Assembly: GCA_020438845.1 (NCBI GenBank)
Contig: JAGQTV010000045.1
Span: 16,235-80,234 of the forward strand
DNA: 64,000 bases
Direction: 5' to 3'
DNA from: Mycobacterium sp.
GTDB taxonomy: Bacteria > Actinomycetota > Actinomycetes > Mycobacteriales > Mycobacteriaceae
The notes under the pieces were generated by a model that did no database searches, was not told where the DNA came from, and saw only the letters and a list, made by a program, of their open reading frames with translations. Positions 41,810-55,163 of this stretch are shown piece by piece; position 1 is the stretch's first letter; each line of letters starts with the position of its first letter. A program made the translations under genes and the position numbers.

Positions 41810-43133
41810 CCGCCGGGCAGCGAGACTGGCCGCTGCGACGGGTCTCGTCGCCGCAGTGGCGGCCGGTTGTGCCCAGGCACCCGCGAGAGCACCAGTCGGC
41901 GAAGCCAGAATCGGCCTGAACACCCCCCAGGGGGTGCGCGCTCAGCAGGTCTTGGACATGCTCAATTCGGATTGGCCCATCGGCGCCGAGAGCGTGAAGA
42001 CGCTGGCGGCCCCCGCCGAGGTGCAGTCGGTAACCACCACCTTGGACTGGTTGTGGTGGGATCGCCCGTACACGCTGACCGGCGCAGAAGTGGGCGCCGG
42101 ATCGGCCACCCTGCACCTGATCAGCTCCTTCGGTGCACGCCAGGACATCGCTTTGCACACCAACGACCAGACCATGGTGAGCCGATTGGCGGCGACGACG
42201 CAGAAACCCGCGATCAAGTCGTGGCGGGACGTCGATGCCGCGTTGAGTCAGACCGGGGCTCGGTACTCATGGCAGGTTTCGAAGGTCTCGAAGAGCGGCG
42301 ACTGCACAAAGATCGCCGGGACAAACACCGGCGAATCACTGCCGCTGGCGTCGATTTTCAAGACCTACGTGCTCTACGCCGTCGCGGACGCCGTCGACGC
42401 CGGCACGTTGCGCTGGGATGACCAATTGACCATCACCGCCGAAGCCAAGAAACTCGGTTCGTCCGGCTTCGACAAGGCCGCCCCGGGAACGCGAATCACG
42501 GTCCGTGAGGCTGCCGGCAAGATGATCGCCACCAGCGACAACATGGCCACCGATCTGCTGATCGCACGGGTCGGCACCCACGCCGTCGAGCAGGCGTTGG
42601 TCCGGGCCGGCCACCACGACCCGGCCAGCATGACGCCCTTCCCGACCATGCGGGAGATGTTCGCAATCGGCTGGGGCAATCCCGACGTCCGCGAGCAATG
42701 GAAGACAGCCTCGCCCGCACAACGGGCCACGATGCTGCGCGAGGCCGACTCCCGCCCCTACGAACCCGATCCGAAGCGGACCCACTCTCCCGGTTCGGCC
42801 TACGGCGCAGAGTGGTACGGCAGCGCTGAGGACATCTGCCGGATTCACTCCCGCTTACAGCGTGACGCCGTAGGCCCGGCAGCCCCGGTCCGCGACATCA
42901 TGTCCGACGTCGCGGGCATCGACCTCGACCGCCGCGAATGGCCCTACATCGGCGCCAAGGCCGGAAACCTGCCCGGCGACTTCACCTTCAGCTGGTACGC
43001 GGTGGACCGCACCGGGCAAGCCTGGGTGGTCAGCTTTCAGCTCAACTGGCCTCGCTACCACAGTCCCAACGCCGGCGGATGGGTGATGACCATCATCAAG
43101 CAGGTGTTCGGAATGCTGCCCGACTACCGCTGA
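41787..43133 (+). CDS. lpqF: Serine beta-lactamase/PBP-like lipoprotein LpqF
   Basis: Lipobox AAGC; SIFK (SxxK), SDN and KAG motifs; MLNSDWPIG. Confidence 0.88.
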   Translation: MDPARIASRRAARLAAATGLVAAVAAGCAQAPARAPVGEARIGLNTPQGVRAQQVLDMLNSDWPIGAESVKTLAAPAEVQSVTTTLDWLWWDRPYTLTGAEVGAGSATLHLISSFGARQDIALHTNDQTMVSRLAATTQKPAIKSWRDVDAALSQTGARYSWQVSKVSKSGDCTKIAGTNTGESLPLASIFKTYVLYAVADAVDAGTLRWDDQLTITAEAKKLGSSGFDKAAPGTRITVREAAGKMIATSDNMATDLLIARVGTHAVEQALVRAGHHDPASMTPFPTMREMFAIGWGNPDVREQWKTASPAQRATMLREADSRPYEPDPKRTHSPGSAYGAEWYGSAEDICRIHSRLQRDAVGPAAPVRDIMSDVAGIDLDRREWPYIGAKAGNLPGDFTFSWYAVDRTGQAWVVSFQLNWPRYHSPNAGGWVMTIIKQVFGMLPDYR

Positions 43134-43150
43134 TGGCCGGGCCGCGGCAA

Positions 43151-45670
<2,520 letters not shown>

Positions 45671-45822
45671 CGGCTTCTTACCTGCTCTCCCTCACCTCGG
45701 TATCGCGACCGTCGCCGCGCACCTGAAAGTCCACTCTAGTGGGCGGGCCAGGAAGGTGCTCTCCCCAGTGAGACCTACCCGTCCCAGTGCTGAACCCCAA
45801 CCGGATCCTGCACACAGCATTG

Positions 45823-45851
45823 CAACGCCGGGGACGGCCCAAACGTTTCCC
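45823..45851 (-). promoter_or_regulatory. SigH/SigE-like promoter upstream of clpC1
   Basis: Minus strand GGGAAAC-17 nt-CGTTG resembles GGAAY-N17-CGTT. Confidence 0.45.
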
Positions 45852-45868
45852 GGTGGCGTCGAGGAGCC

Positions 45869-45886
45869 CTTCGCGCTCAGCGAAAA
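45869..45886 (-). promoter_or_regulatory. Putative ClgR operator upstream of clpC1
   Basis: Minus strand TTTTCGCTGAGCGCGAAG has one mismatch to the remembered WNNWCGCYNANRGCGWWS. Confidence 0.55.
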
Positions 45887-45907
45887 TCCGCTCAGGAGAG
45901 CGCTACT

Positions 45908-46255
45908 TTAAGAAGTGGCGGCGTGGTAGGCCTCGATGATGTCTGCCGGAATCCGTCCCCGGGTAGACACCTTGTGGCCGTTGCTGCGAGCCCATTCCCG
46001 GATCGACGCGCTCTGCTCGCGATCGATCGAACCCCGAGCGCGGCCGGTCGGTGCCCCGGGGCGACCGCGACGCCGACCACCCACACGGCGTCCGGCATCC
46101 ATCCAACGTTTCAACTCGTCCCGAAGTTTCTGCGCATTCTTTGCAGAGAGGTCGATCTCGTAGCTCACGCCATCGAGCGAGAATTCGACTGTTTCATCAG
46201 CAGCGCCATCACCGTCGAAATCATCGACGAGGGTGACGGTCACTTTCTTCGCCAT
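45908..46255 (-). CDS. lsr2: Nucleoid-associated protein Lsr2
   Basis: [30 protein letters not shown] and RGR AT-hook. Confidence 0.97.
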   Translation of the reverse strand: MAKKVTVTLVDDFDGDGAADETVEFSLDGVSYEIDLSAKNAQKLRDELKRWMDAGRRVGGRRRGRPGAPTGRARGSIDREQSASIREWARSNGHKVSTRGRIPADIIEAYHAATS

Positions 46256-46371
46256 CGTTTTTCATGTCCTTCGGTATACATGCCGGAATTACGTCTGACA
46301 GATAATGTGCCATAACTACCCACCGAATTACAACATTGACATGAATCAGTAAGTGTTCAGTTGCAACGAGT

Positions 46372-47874
46372 TCAGTTGACGTGGCGGCGAACAATCGGAA
46401 ACAAAACTGTCTCCCGAATTGACAGGCCGGTCAGTACCATCAACAACCGGTCAATCCCCATTCCCGTCCCGGTGGTCGGTGGCATCGCATACTCCATCGC
46501 AGCCAGGAAATCCTCATCCAGGGCCATCGCTTCGTCATCGCCTGCGGCGGCGGCCAGTGCCTGCGCGGCGAAACGTTCCCGCTGGATGATCGGATCGACC
46601 AACTCCGAGTATCCGGTGGAAAGCTCGATTCCGCGGACGTAGAGATCCCATTTTTCGGTCACCCCCGGAATGCTGCGGTGTTGCCGGGTAAGCGGAGCTG
46701 TTTCGACTGGAAAATCCCTGACGAATGTAGGGGCCCACAACGTGTTGCCGACGGTGTGTTCCCACAGTTCCTCGACGAGCTTGCCGTGACCGTAACCGCG
46801 GTCGCGCGGAATCTCGGCACCCAACCGGTCGGCAATTGCGAACAAGTAATCGACGGGAGTCTCGGGAGTGATATCGTCACCAATAGCCGCCGATAGCGAC
46901 GGGTACATCTGAATTGACGGCCATTCCCCGTCCAGGTCGTAGATGGTCCCGTCCGGCAATTCAACCTGGCGGGTGCCGATCGCTTCGTCGGCAACCTCCT
47001 GAATGAGCTCCCTGATCATCAGCGCCGAATCATCGTAGGTGCCCCACGCCTGATACGTCTCCAGCATTGCAAATTCCGGCGAGTGCGTGGAATCAGCACC
47101 TTCATTGCGAAAAACTCGATTGAGTTCGAAAACTCTCTCGAGTCCGCCGACGACGCATCGCTTCAGAAACAATTCGGGGGCGATCCGCAGGTAGAGGTCC
47201 GAATCCAGGGCGTTGGAATGGGTGACGAATGGCCGGGCCGCCGCACCGCCGGCCAGCGTCTGCAGCATCGGGGTCTCGACTTCGAGGAATCCCCGGCGTT
47301 CAAGCGCGTTTCGGACGGCACGGACCACAGCGATGCGCTGCCGGGCCACCAACCGGGCCTGCGGGCGCACGATCAGATCGACGTAGCGCTGGCGGACCCG
47401 AGCCTCCTCGCTCATCTCCTTGTGCGCCACTGGCAGCGGACGCAGTGCCTTGGCGGCCATCTGCCAGGAATCGGCCAACACCGACAGCTCGCCCCTCCGG
47501 GAGCTGATCACCTCACCCCTGACGAACACGATGTCGCCGAGGTCGACGTCGGCCTTCCACTCCTCCAGCGCCTCGGCTCCGACACCGGCCAGGCTGATCA
47601 TGGCCTGGAGTTGGGAGCCATCCCCTTCTTGGAGGGTCGCGAAGCAGAGTTTGCCCGCGTTTCGGGCGAACACCACCCGCCCGGTGACTCCGACTATCTC
47701 GCCGGTCGTGGTGTCGGCAGGAAGGTTCGGATAGGCGGTCCGGATCTCGGCGAGGGAGTGTGTGCGCGCGACTGCAACCGGATAGGCCTCACGGCCTTCG
47801 GCTAACAGTCGCTCGCGCTTGCCCTGCCTGATCCGGAACTGCTCGGGAAGGTCCTGGGCATCAGCATCACTCAC
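46372..47874 (-). CDS. lysS: Lysyl-tRNA synthetase (class II)
   Basis: [24 protein letters not shown] and GTGMGIDRL motifs. Confidence 0.97.
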   Translation of the reverse strand: MSDADAQDLPEQFRIRQGKRERLLAEGREAYPVAVARTHSLAEIRTAYPNLPADTTTGEIVGVTGRVVFARNAGKLCFATLQEGDGSQLQAMISLAGVGAEALEEWKADVDLGDIVFVRGEVISSRRGELSVLADSWQMAAKALRPLPVAHKEMSEEARVRQRYVDLIVRPQARLVARQRIAVVRAVRNALERRGFLEVETPMLQTLAGGAAARPFVTHSNALDSDLYLRIAPELFLKRCVVGGLERVFELNRVFRNEGADSTHSPEFAMLETYQAWGTYDDSALMIRELIQEVADEAIGTRQVELPDGTIYDLDGEWPSIQMYPSLSAAIGDDITPETPVDYLFAIADRLGAEIPRDRGYGHGKLVEELWEHTVGNTLWAPTFVRDFPVETAPLTRQHRSIPGVTEKWDLYVRGIELSTGYSELVDPIIQRERFAAQALAAAAGDDEAMALDEDFLAAMEYAMPPTTGTGMGIDRLLMVLTGLSIRETVLFPIVRRHVN

Positions 47875-47899
47875 GACGTGCCAGCTTAAGGGGCGCTGT

Positions 47900-48715
47900 T
47901 CAGCGCGCTGGCTTGAGGCGGCTGCGGTGGCTCTCCTGATTTCGCTCGAACACCATACGCAGGCCATCGAGGGTCAGGTGTTTGTCGTAGTGGTCAACGG
48001 TGCGCAGGTCGGGCAGCAGCAGCGGTGCGGTATGTCCGGTGGCGACAACCGCAACGTCGCTGCCGGCGAATCCATCGATGTCTTCGCGGATTCGCGACAC
48101 CAGACCATCGACCAAACCGGCGAATCCGAACACCGCCCCCGCCTGCATGCATTCCACCGTGTTCTTGCCGACCACCGACCGCGGCCGTGTCAGTTCAACC
48201 CGGCGCAGCCCAGCCGATCGGGCTGCGGCGGCATCGGAGGACACCTGCACACCAGGAGCTATCGCGCCGCCCAGAAACTCGCCTTTGGCGGATACCACGT
48301 CGACGCAGATCGACGAACCGAAGTCCACAACGATCGCAGGCGAAGAGAATTTCGCAAAGGCGGCCAGACAGTTGACGATGCGGTCGGCGCCGACCTCTTT
48401 GGGGTTGTCGACCAGAAGCGGAATCCCGGTTCGTACGCCAGGCTCGATGAGGACGCTGGGTATCGATGGCCAATACTGGCCGAGCATGATCCGAACCTCG
48501 TGCAGAACCGACGGCACGGTCGACAAACCGGTGGCACCGGTGAGCCGTTCAGAATCGTCACCGATGAGCCCGTCGATGGTGAGTGCGAGCTCGTCGGCGG
48601 TGACCTCGGGCTCGGTGCGAATCCGCCAATTCTGAACCACTTTCGCATGGTCACCGACACCCGAGATCAGACCGACCACGGTGTGGGTGTTGCGGACGTC
48701 GATGGCGAGCAGCAC
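47900..48715 (-). CDS. coaX: Type III pantothenate kinase
   Basis: [26 protein letters not shown] and TGH motifs. Confidence 0.94.
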   Translation of the reverse strand: MLLAIDVRNTHTVVGLISGVGDHAKVVQNWRIRTEPEVTADELALTIDGLIGDDSERLTGATGLSTVPSVLHEVRIMLGQYWPSIPSVLIEPGVRTGIPLLVDNPKEVGADRIVNCLAAFAKFSSPAIVVDFGSSICVDVVSAKGEFLGGAIAPGVQVSSDAAAARSAGLRRVELTRPRSVVGKNTVECMQAGAVFGFAGLVDGLVSRIREDIDGFAGSDVAVVATGHTAPLLLPDLRTVDHYDKHLTLDGLRMVFERNQESHRSRLKPAR

Positions 48716-48717
48716 CT

Positions 48718-49134
48718 TCAGCCCACCACCCGCGGCGATAGCAGCCCCTCGGCGTCGTCGGGTATTCGTGCCGCGTCGTCGCCGACGTCGATCTGGCGGT
48801 TGTCGCCGTCGACGAACACCACCCTCGGCCGGAATCTGCGGGCCTCGGCGTCTTCCAGAGTGGCGTAGGCGATGAGGATCACCAGATCGCCGGGATGCAC
48901 CAGATGGGCGGCCGCCCCATTGATCCCGATCACCCCACTGCCCCGTCGGCCAGTGATGGCATAAGTCACCAGCCGGGCCCCGTTGTCGATGTCGACGATG
49001 GTCACCTGTTCGCCCTCCAGCAGGTCGGCGGCGTCCATAAGGTCAGCATCGATAGTCACCGATCCCACGTAGTGCAGGTCGGCATGAGTCACCGTGGCCC
49101 GGTGGATCTTGGACTTGAGCATGGTCCGAAACAT
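48718..49134 (-). CDS. panD: Aspartate 1-decarboxylase
   Basis: [18 protein letters not shown] cleavage site and NGAAA. Confidence 0.96.
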   Translation of the reverse strand: MFRTMLKSKIHRATVTHADLHYVGSVTIDADLMDAADLLEGEQVTIVDIDNGARLVTYAITGRRGSGVIGINGAAAHLVHPGDLVILIAYATLEDAEARRFRPRVVFVDGDNRQIDVGDDAARIPDDAEGLLSPRVVG

Positions 49135-50066
49135 CAGTTCCTCCAACCGATTTCTTGATGCTCGACACCCGGTAACGCCGACTCGACACCCCTGCCGGGA
49201 AGCTCGATGCCGATATTGTCCAAAAGCCGGGTTCCGCCGAGCCGAGCGGCCACGAGCAATCGAGCCGGCCCGGCATCGGGCGCCGGTTCCAGCGACGGCC
49301 CGCGGAGTTCCAGATAGTCTGTGCGTATTGCGGGAACCTCGTCGAGAACCGCTCGGGCGGCATCCAACACGGCGGCGTAGCCGCCTCCGGCGGCGTACAT
49401 TCCGGCCAGCAGTGCTGACGACAGCGCAGTTGCCTGCTCACGCTCCTCGGGATTGAGGTAGCGGTTACGCGACGACATCGCCAGACCGTCGGGCTCCCGG
49501 ACCGTGGGCACCCCGACAATCTTTACCCCGACGTCCAAGTCGTCGACCATCTGCCGGATCAGCACGAGTTGCTGGTAGTCCTTCTCGCCGAAGAACGCGC
49601 GGTCCGGTCGAACGATCTGCAGCAGTTTCAGTACCACCGTCAGCATGCCCGCGAAATGCGTTGGGCGAACGGAACCTTCCAGTTCCGACCCGAGCGGACC
49701 GGGATGGACGGTGGTGCGCGGTCCCGCCGGATACATCACGGCGCCGGTGGGAGTGAAAACCACCTCAACGCCCTCTGCGGCAAGCAGTTCCAGGTCGGCG
49801 TCGAGCGTGCGGGGATATGCGTTGAGATCCTCGTTTGCGCCGAATTGCAGTGGATTGACGAAGATCGAGACCACCACCACAGCGCCTGGCACCCGTTTGG
49901 CCGCGCGGACCAGAGCCAGATGCCCCTGGTGCAATGCACCCATCGTCGGCACCAACATCACCCGCCGACCGGTGTGGCGCAACGCCTTACTGACGTCCGA
50001 AACCCCGTGCGGGGTGGGATACACGTTCAGTTGCCCGGCACTGAACTGCGGCCCCTGGCTGATCAT
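49134..50066 (-). CDS. panC: Pantothenate synthetase
   Basis: [30 protein letters not shown] and AMSSRN motifs. Confidence 0.96.
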   Translation of the reverse strand: MISQGPQFSAGQLNVYPTPHGVSDVSKALRHTGRRVMLVPTMGALHQGHLALVRAAKRVPGAVVVVSIFVNPLQFGANEDLNAYPRTLDADLELLAAEGVEVVFTPTGAVMYPAGPRTTVHPGPLGSELEGSVRPTHFAGMLTVVLKLLQIVRPDRAFFGEKDYQQLVLIRQMVDDLDVGVKIVGVPTVREPDGLAMSSRNRYLNPEEREQATALSSALLAGMYAAGGGYAAVLDAARAVLDEVPAIRTDYLELRGPSLEPAPDAGPARLLVAARLGGTRLLDNIGIELPGRGVESALPGVEHQEIGWRN

Positions 50067-51001
50067 CGGTGGGGCCCTGCAGACTCGGACCAATCGGCCA
50101 ACACCGCGAAAACCTCCTCAGGGGCGTGGGCTCTCTGCGCGGTTCGCAGCGAGTCGGCACAATACGCCCGCGCCAACGGCGGATCCAGATCGTTCAGAGC
50201 ATCCAGGTGCGCGGCCACGGCGGCGGCGTCCCCACGGGCCACCGGCCCCGTCAACGCTGCTTGCCCGCGGCGCAAGGTGTTCTCCAAAGCCGCCCGGGCC
50301 AGCGGCCCGATGACCCGTTCGGCCAGCCCGCCAGGGGCGTCGTCAACCAGTTCCTGCCCGAGCAGTTCCTGCCCGGACAAAGCGGCGCGCAACGCATCGA
50401 CGGCATCGGCGACCAGCGTGACGATGTGGTTGCTGCCATGCGCCAGCGCAGCATGGTAGAGAGTGCGAGCCTCCTCCGGGACACCAAACGGCTCGCCGCC
50501 CATCTCCAACACCAACGACTGGGCTATCGCGTGACCGGTCTCGTCGGCAGCGGTGATCCCGAAGCAGGTATCGGACAGCCGGGTGACGTCCTCGTCGGCA
50601 CCGGTGAATGTCATCGCCGGGTGAATGGCGAGGGGAACACACCCCTGCCCGGCAAGCGGAGCCAGTACCGCCAGTCCGTTGGCTCCCGAGGTGTGGGCGA
50701 CGATTGTGCCGCGCCGCACCGATCCAGTCGCCGCGAGTCCGCTGACCAGGCCGGGTAATTCCGAGTCGGGCACCGCCAATAGCAGCAACTCCGCGCTGTC
50801 GGCGACGTCTGGCACCGGCAGCACAAGGGTGTCAGGTAACCGCCGCTCGGTGAGTCGGCGTGAGGCCGAGGAGATTGCACTACAGGCAACGACCACGTGG
50901 TCGGCGCGCTCCAGCGCTGCACCCAGCGCGGTTCCGACGCGACCACCGGAGATGATCCCCACCTTGAGTCTGGCAGGACGCAAGCCGTTGAGATTCCCCA
51001 T
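50063..51001 (-). CDS. Rossmann-like/DUF2520 oxidoreductase (Rv3603c; PanG-like ketopantoate reductase candidate)
   Basis: [22 protein letters not shown] and TGPVARGD motifs; coupled to panC. Confidence 0.85.
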   Translation of the reverse strand: MGNLNGLRPARLKVGIISGGRVGTALGAALERADHVVVACSAISSASRRLTERRLPDTLVLPVPDVADSAELLLLAVPDSELPGLVSGLAATGSVRRGTIVAHTSGANGLAVLAPLAGQGCVPLAIHPAMTFTGADEDVTRLSDTCFGITAADETGHAIAQSLVLEMGGEPFGVPEEARTLYHAALAHGSNHIVTLVADAVDALRAALSGQELLGQELVDDAPGGLAERVIGPLARAALENTLRRGQAALTGPVARGDAAAVAAHLDALNDLDPPLARAYCADSLRTAQRAHAPEEVFAVLADWSESAGPHR

Positions 51002-51078
51002 TTGCGCTGACTTTCGTAAGGAAACTTTCGTTCCGGTCCCGCTCAGCGGGTACCGGTCGGTCAGCTAGATTCTAGCGT

Positions 51079-52179
51079 TCAGTCCTCTCGCCGACGGCGA
51101 CCGCCGCCGCCCACCGGTCCCTGCGCCTGCAACTTGGCCATCAGGTCGGTGAACGACTGTCCGTCGGCATGCTGACCCTGAGGTGCCTCTGGTTCCCCGG
51201 GTTGGTCGGGTCGGGCACCATCGGGGACTGCTTCGCTCCCGGTGCGGTGCCGGCCTGCCGGCTCCGGGACCGGGCTCTCCACCCGATGTCGGCCGTGTAA
51301 AGCGTCCGGTTCCGGCGCGGGGGCTCCGGCCTCAGCGGTCCGGTGACGACCACGTCCCGTCTCGGGTGGACGCCAGGGCGCCGCAGGAGGCGGCGGGGGC
51401 GCAGGAGGTGGGGGCGGAGTTGGCGGTGGAGTTGGCGGCGCAAGCCTGGGGGCCGGTACGGGCGAAGGAGCCGGCTGATGGACCGTGGTCCGATGACCAC
51501 CGCCGTCGGTCCGCATCTGCGGGCCCCGATCGTCCCGGAAGCGCCTCGGTTTGGGGGGTCCCGGTGCCGGGGGCGGCGGAGTCAGCGGCTCTTCGGGAAC
51601 ATCGATGATGGGGCTCTCGACGGCGACGGCCTCGGCGACAGTGACTTTGGCGGCGACAGCTTCAACCACCCGGCTGCTCTGCACCCGTCCCGGCGGGGAG
51701 GGCATCGCCATCGCAACTGTTTCGGCTTCCAGCGCGGGCCGGATTCCGAGGTCGGTTCCGAGCATGATCTCGAGGTTGGATCGCAGCGCCGCAACCTCCG
51801 CGCGCAGGGCGGCCAGCTCGTCGGCGGCTTCAGCCCGCACCTCTACGGACAGCTGTCGGCGCAGTTGCGCTTCAACATTGAGTTCGTACTCGCGACGGGC
51901 GGTGATCTCCCGGTCCAGTTGCAGGTCGTAGATGTGCCTCATGTCTCGGGCTCGGGCCTGGTCCAATTCGCTTTGGCGACGGTAGATCACCGAGACGAAG
52001 GCAGCCAGCACCGCAGCCCACAGCGAAAGGATGACCGCCAAGCGCAGCAGTTCGACTCGACTGGTGAAAACCAATGTGGCACTTGCGAGGATCGCCAATA
52101 CCAACAGCGCGGTCAACAGCTGCCACCCCGGCCTGCGGCCGCCGCGCCGGTTACGGACGCCGCGGTTCGGAGGGGTCAT
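51079..52179 (-). CDS. Rv3604c-like membrane protein with Pro-rich tail
   Basis: RRGGRRPGW, two TM segments and DLQLDREITARREYEL. Confidence 0.82.
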   Translation of the reverse strand: MTPPNRGVRNRRGGRRPGWQLLTALLVLAILASATLVFTSRVELLRLAVILSLWAAVLAAFVSVIYRRQSELDQARARDMRHIYDLQLDREITARREYELNVEAQLRRQLSVEVRAEAADELAALRAEVAALRSNLEIMLGTDLGIRPALEAETVAMAMPSPPGRVQSSRVVEAVAAKVTVAEAVAVESPIIDVPEEPLTPPPPAPGPPKPRRFRDDRGPQMRTDGGGHRTTVHQPAPSPVPAPRLAPPTPPPTPPPPPAPPPPPAAPWRPPETGRGRHRTAEAGAPAPEPDALHGRHRVESPVPEPAGRHRTGSEAVPDGARPDQPGEPEAPQGQHADGQSFTDLMAKLQAQGPVGGGGRRRRED

Positions 52180-52261
52180 GGGGCTGACTGTACCGCCTCC
52201 GATGCGGCCAACGCCCTCGACGCGAACCAGACACGTTGAGCCAAAAGCGGCAACGGCCGGG

Positions 52262-52741
52262 CTATTCCGGGCTCGGCTCGCGGTCTGCATTCGGGTCGTT
52301 GGGAGACCTGCAGCAATACTGCAGCCACAAGGCGGCGACGATCAGCGCAAATGCACTCAAGGCCGCCACCACCGCTCCCGGGGTGTCAGCGGTGGCCACC
52401 CGCAGCTCGGAGCGCTTCGGCAACAGATAGGCCAGCACACCCAGCCACCACCCCAGTGCCAGAGCACCAACCCATGCCGAAGCCTTGGCGATCGCAACGC
52501 CGCGTGCCACGACCAGCGGATTGAGCCGTCCCGCGCCCACGCCGATTTCTCCGTCCCGGATACGCGCCCGAACCGACAGCGCCCACACCGCCTCGGCGAT
52601 TGCCACCGCCAGGAGCGACAGCCCGGTCCACAGCGTGACCGGAGGGAAGTACCGATAGAGGACGTGCAGCACCAGGTAGCTGATCACAGTGACGACCGCC
52701 ACCGCGCCAGCCAGTTCGCGTCTGCTGGTGGGGCCCATCAT
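52262..52741 (-). CDS. DUF3180 membrane protein (Rv3605c-like)
   Basis: [19 protein letters not shown] and LWLQYCCRSP; coupled to folK. Confidence 0.85.
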   Translation of the reverse strand: MMGPTSRRELAGAVAVVTVISYLVLHVLYRYFPPVTLWTGLSLLAVAIAEAVWALSVRARIRDGEIGVGAGRLNPLVVARGVAIAKASAWVGALALGWWLGVLAYLLPKRSELRVATADTPGAVVAALSAFALIVAALWLQYCCRSPNDPNADREPSPE

Positions 52742-53271
52742 CCCGGCGCCTTATCGGTGCCGGCGAGCACGAGGACAGTCGGCCGCACTCCTTCGCGCTC
52801 AGCGGTAGGCAGTTCGTCGAGCAATTCCTGTACGGGCACCCGTCGCCCGGCGATCGTTAGTTCTGCGGAGGGATCGGCCGCCAGCCAGGGAACAAGGACG
52901 AAGGCCCGCTGGTGAGCGAAAGGATGCGGAAGGGTGAGATCCGCTGTCTCGGAGAACACCTCGGCCCCATCTTCATCGCAGCAGACCAGATCGACGTCGA
53001 GTGTGCGCGACCCCCACTTCAGGGTGCGCACCCGTTGGTTGTCGTGCTCAAATTCCTGTGCGCGCCGCAACCACCCCCGGGCGTCCAGACATGGATCCTC
53101 GGCGATGACGACAGCGTTGAGGAAGCGGTCCTGCTCGACTCCTCCCCAAGCGTCGGTCTCGTAGACCGGTGATACCGCGCGAACCGAATCCCCGAGCCCG
53201 TCGAGAACAGCCTGCAGCCGTCCCAGACGGTCCCCGAGGTTCGACCCGATCGACAGCACGACGCGGCTCAT
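52738..53271 (-). CDS. folK: 2-amino-4-hydroxy-6-hydroxymethyldihydropteridine diphosphokinase
   Basis: [24 protein letters not shown] and LPHP motifs. Confidence 0.95.
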   Translation of the reverse strand: MSRVVLSIGSNLGDRLGRLQAVLDGLGDSVRAVSPVYETDAWGGVEQDRFLNAVVIAEDPCLDARGWLRRAQEFEHDNQRVRTLKWGSRTLDVDLVCCDEDGAEVFSETADLTLPHPFAHQRAFVLVPWLAADPSAELTIAGRRVPVQELLDELPTAEREGVRPTVLVLAGTDKAPG

Positions 53272-53666
53272 GCCGATCCCGCCGGGAGAAGCTGGCCCCG
53301 CCCGCCACGGCGCGACCTGCGGGCGACGACGGCGACGTCGCTGAAAGTCAGCGGAATCGGCGCCTGGGGCTTGTGCACGACGACCTCGACGGCGTGCACG
53401 CGATGGTCGGTCATGACGTCTTCGGCGATCTCTGCGGCCACTGTCTCGATGAGATTGCGCGCCGGCCCCGCAACGATGTCGGCGGCGCGCTGGGCCAGCA
53501 CGCCGTAGTCATAGGTGTCCTCGAGGCAATCGCTCGCGGCGGCGTCGCGCAGGTCGATCCACACCGTGACATCGACGACGAAATCCTGGCCATCGCGTCG
53601 TTCGTGTTCGAAGACGCCGTGATTTCCGCGCACTCGCAGACCGCGCAATTCGATCCGGTCAGCCAT
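53268..53666 (-). CDS. folB: Dihydroneopterin aldolase
   Basis: [19 protein letters not shown] and HKPQAPI motifs. Confidence 0.95.
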   Translation of the reverse strand: MADRIELRGLRVRGNHGVFEHERRDGQDFVVDVTVWIDLRDAAASDCLEDTYDYGVLAQRAADIVAGPARNLIETVAAEIAEDVMTDHRVHAVEVVVHKPQAPIPLTFSDVAVVARRSRRGGRGQLLPAGSA

Positions 53667-54513
53667 CGCACATCACCTCGCCGCCAGCGGACTGCCAGGC
53701 CTGTACGACCTTGAGGGCGTCCACACTCGCTTCGACCTCGTGCACCCGAACCCCCCATGCGCCGGACATCGCCGCCAGCGCCGAAATCACTGCCGTAGCG
53801 ATCTCGCGGCCATCCGGCGGCCTCGGCGTGCCATCGCCTCCGGCAAGCAGGGAGCCCAGGAAACGCTTTCGTGACGCGCCCACCAACACCGAAACACCGG
53901 TCTGGACCAGAGTCGGCAGAGCGTGCAACAGAGCCCAATTGTCTTGTGCTGTCTTGGCGAACCCCAGCCCGGGGTCGATGATCAGATTGCGTTCTTCGAC
54001 TCCTGCGGCTACGGCGGCATCAACGCAGGCCATAAGCTCGTCCCGGACATCGGTCACCACGTCGCGGTAGTTCGGGATGGCGTGTGGGTCGTGCACCGAA
54101 TCGCTGTGCACCCAACGCCAGTGCATCAGTACCCACGGAACACCCGCCTCGGCGACCAACGGCGCCATCGACGGGTCTGCACGGCCGCCACTGACGTCGT
54201 TGACGATGCTCGCACCGTTCTCCAGCGCTGCTCTGGCCACCGCGGCGTGCATGGTGTCGATACTGACCGTGACACCGTGACAAGCGAGTTCCCTCACCAC
54301 CGGGACGATCCGTGCACTCTCCACGGCCGGATCGATGCGGACCGCTCCGGGGCGGGTGGATTCGCCACCGACGTCGATGATCGCCGCCCCTTCGGCGGCC
54401 AGGGCCAGGCCGCGCCGCACCGCGCGGTCCGGATCGAGGTATCGCCCGCCGTCGGAGAAGGAGTCGTCGGTGACGTTGACTACCCCCATCACCCGGACGC
54501 GGGGGCCGGTCAC
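53659..54513 (-). CDS. folP1: Dihydropteroate synthase
   Basis: [32 protein letters not shown] and RVH motifs. Confidence 0.96.
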   Translation of the reverse strand: MTGPRVRVMGVVNVTDDSFSDGGRYLDPDRAVRRGLALAAEGAAIIDVGGESTRPGAVRIDPAVESARIVPVVRELACHGVTVSIDTMHAAVARAALENGASIVNDVSGGRADPSMAPLVAEAGVPWVLMHWRWVHSDSVHDPHAIPNYRDVVTDVRDELMACVDAAVAAGVEERNLIIDPGLGFAKTAQDNWALLHALPTLVQTGVSVLVGASRKRFLGSLLAGGDGTPRPPDGREIATAVISALAAMSGAWGVRVHEVEASVDALKVVQAWQSAGGEVMCDG

Positions 54514-55121
54514 TTGCGCAGGATGAGTTCCAGCGCCTCGGATCGCGATGCGCTACTGGATTTGAACTGGCCGCGAACTGCCGAGGTAGTGGTGATGGCC
54601 CCGGGCTTGCGCACACCACGCATGGCCATGCACAGGTGTTCAGCCTCGATGACCACGATGACGCCCCGGGGCTTGAGTTTGCGCATCACCGCGTCGGCGA
54701 TCTGAGCCGTCAGGCGTTCTTGAACCTGGGGGCGCTTGGCGTACAGGTCGACCACCCGCGCCAATTTGGACAACCCGGTGACCCGGCCATCCACACCCGG
54801 GATGTATCCCACGTGCGCCACACCGTGGAATGACACGAGATGGTGTTCACAGGTGGAGTACATCGGGATCTGCTTGACCAGAACCATTTCATCGTGACCC
54901 TCTTCGAAAACGGTGTCCAGCACCGCATCCGGGTCGGTGTAGAGGCCCCCGAACATCTCCCGGAAAGCCCGCGCCACCCGCGCCGGGGTGTCTCGCAATC
55001 CGTCGCGTTCGGGGTTCTCCCCGACGGCTAACAGCAGTTCCCGAACCGCTGCCTCGGCGCGGGCCTGATCGAAGACAGGAGTGTTCAGTTCGATCCCGTC
55101 GCGGTTTTCGCGCATGCCCAT
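54510..55121 (-). CDS. folE: GTP cyclohydrolase I
   Basis: TPARVA, STCEHHL, GLSKLAR, QVQERLT and HLCMAMRG motifs. Confidence 0.96.
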   Translation of the reverse strand: MGMRENRDGIELNTPVFDQARAEAAVRELLLAVGENPERDGLRDTPARVARAFREMFGGLYTDPDAVLDTVFEEGHDEMVLVKQIPMYSTCEHHLVSFHGVAHVGYIPGVDGRVTGLSKLARVVDLYAKRPQVQERLTAQIADAVMRKLKPRGVIVVIEAEHLCMAMRGVRKPGAITTTSAVRGQFKSSSASRSEALELILRK

Positions 55122-55163
55122 ACCTAACTCCGTCGAAATTCCAATCCCCGAAATATGGCTGCG

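Noticed and set aside
46256-46371. AT-rich lsr2-lysS intergenic region as foreign DNA
   Set aside because: Short, between core syntenic genes, and consistent with a normal promoter or Lsr2-bound region.
51079-51700. Pro-rich low-complexity tract as a novel repeat protein
   Set aside because: Expected tail of the Rv3604c family.
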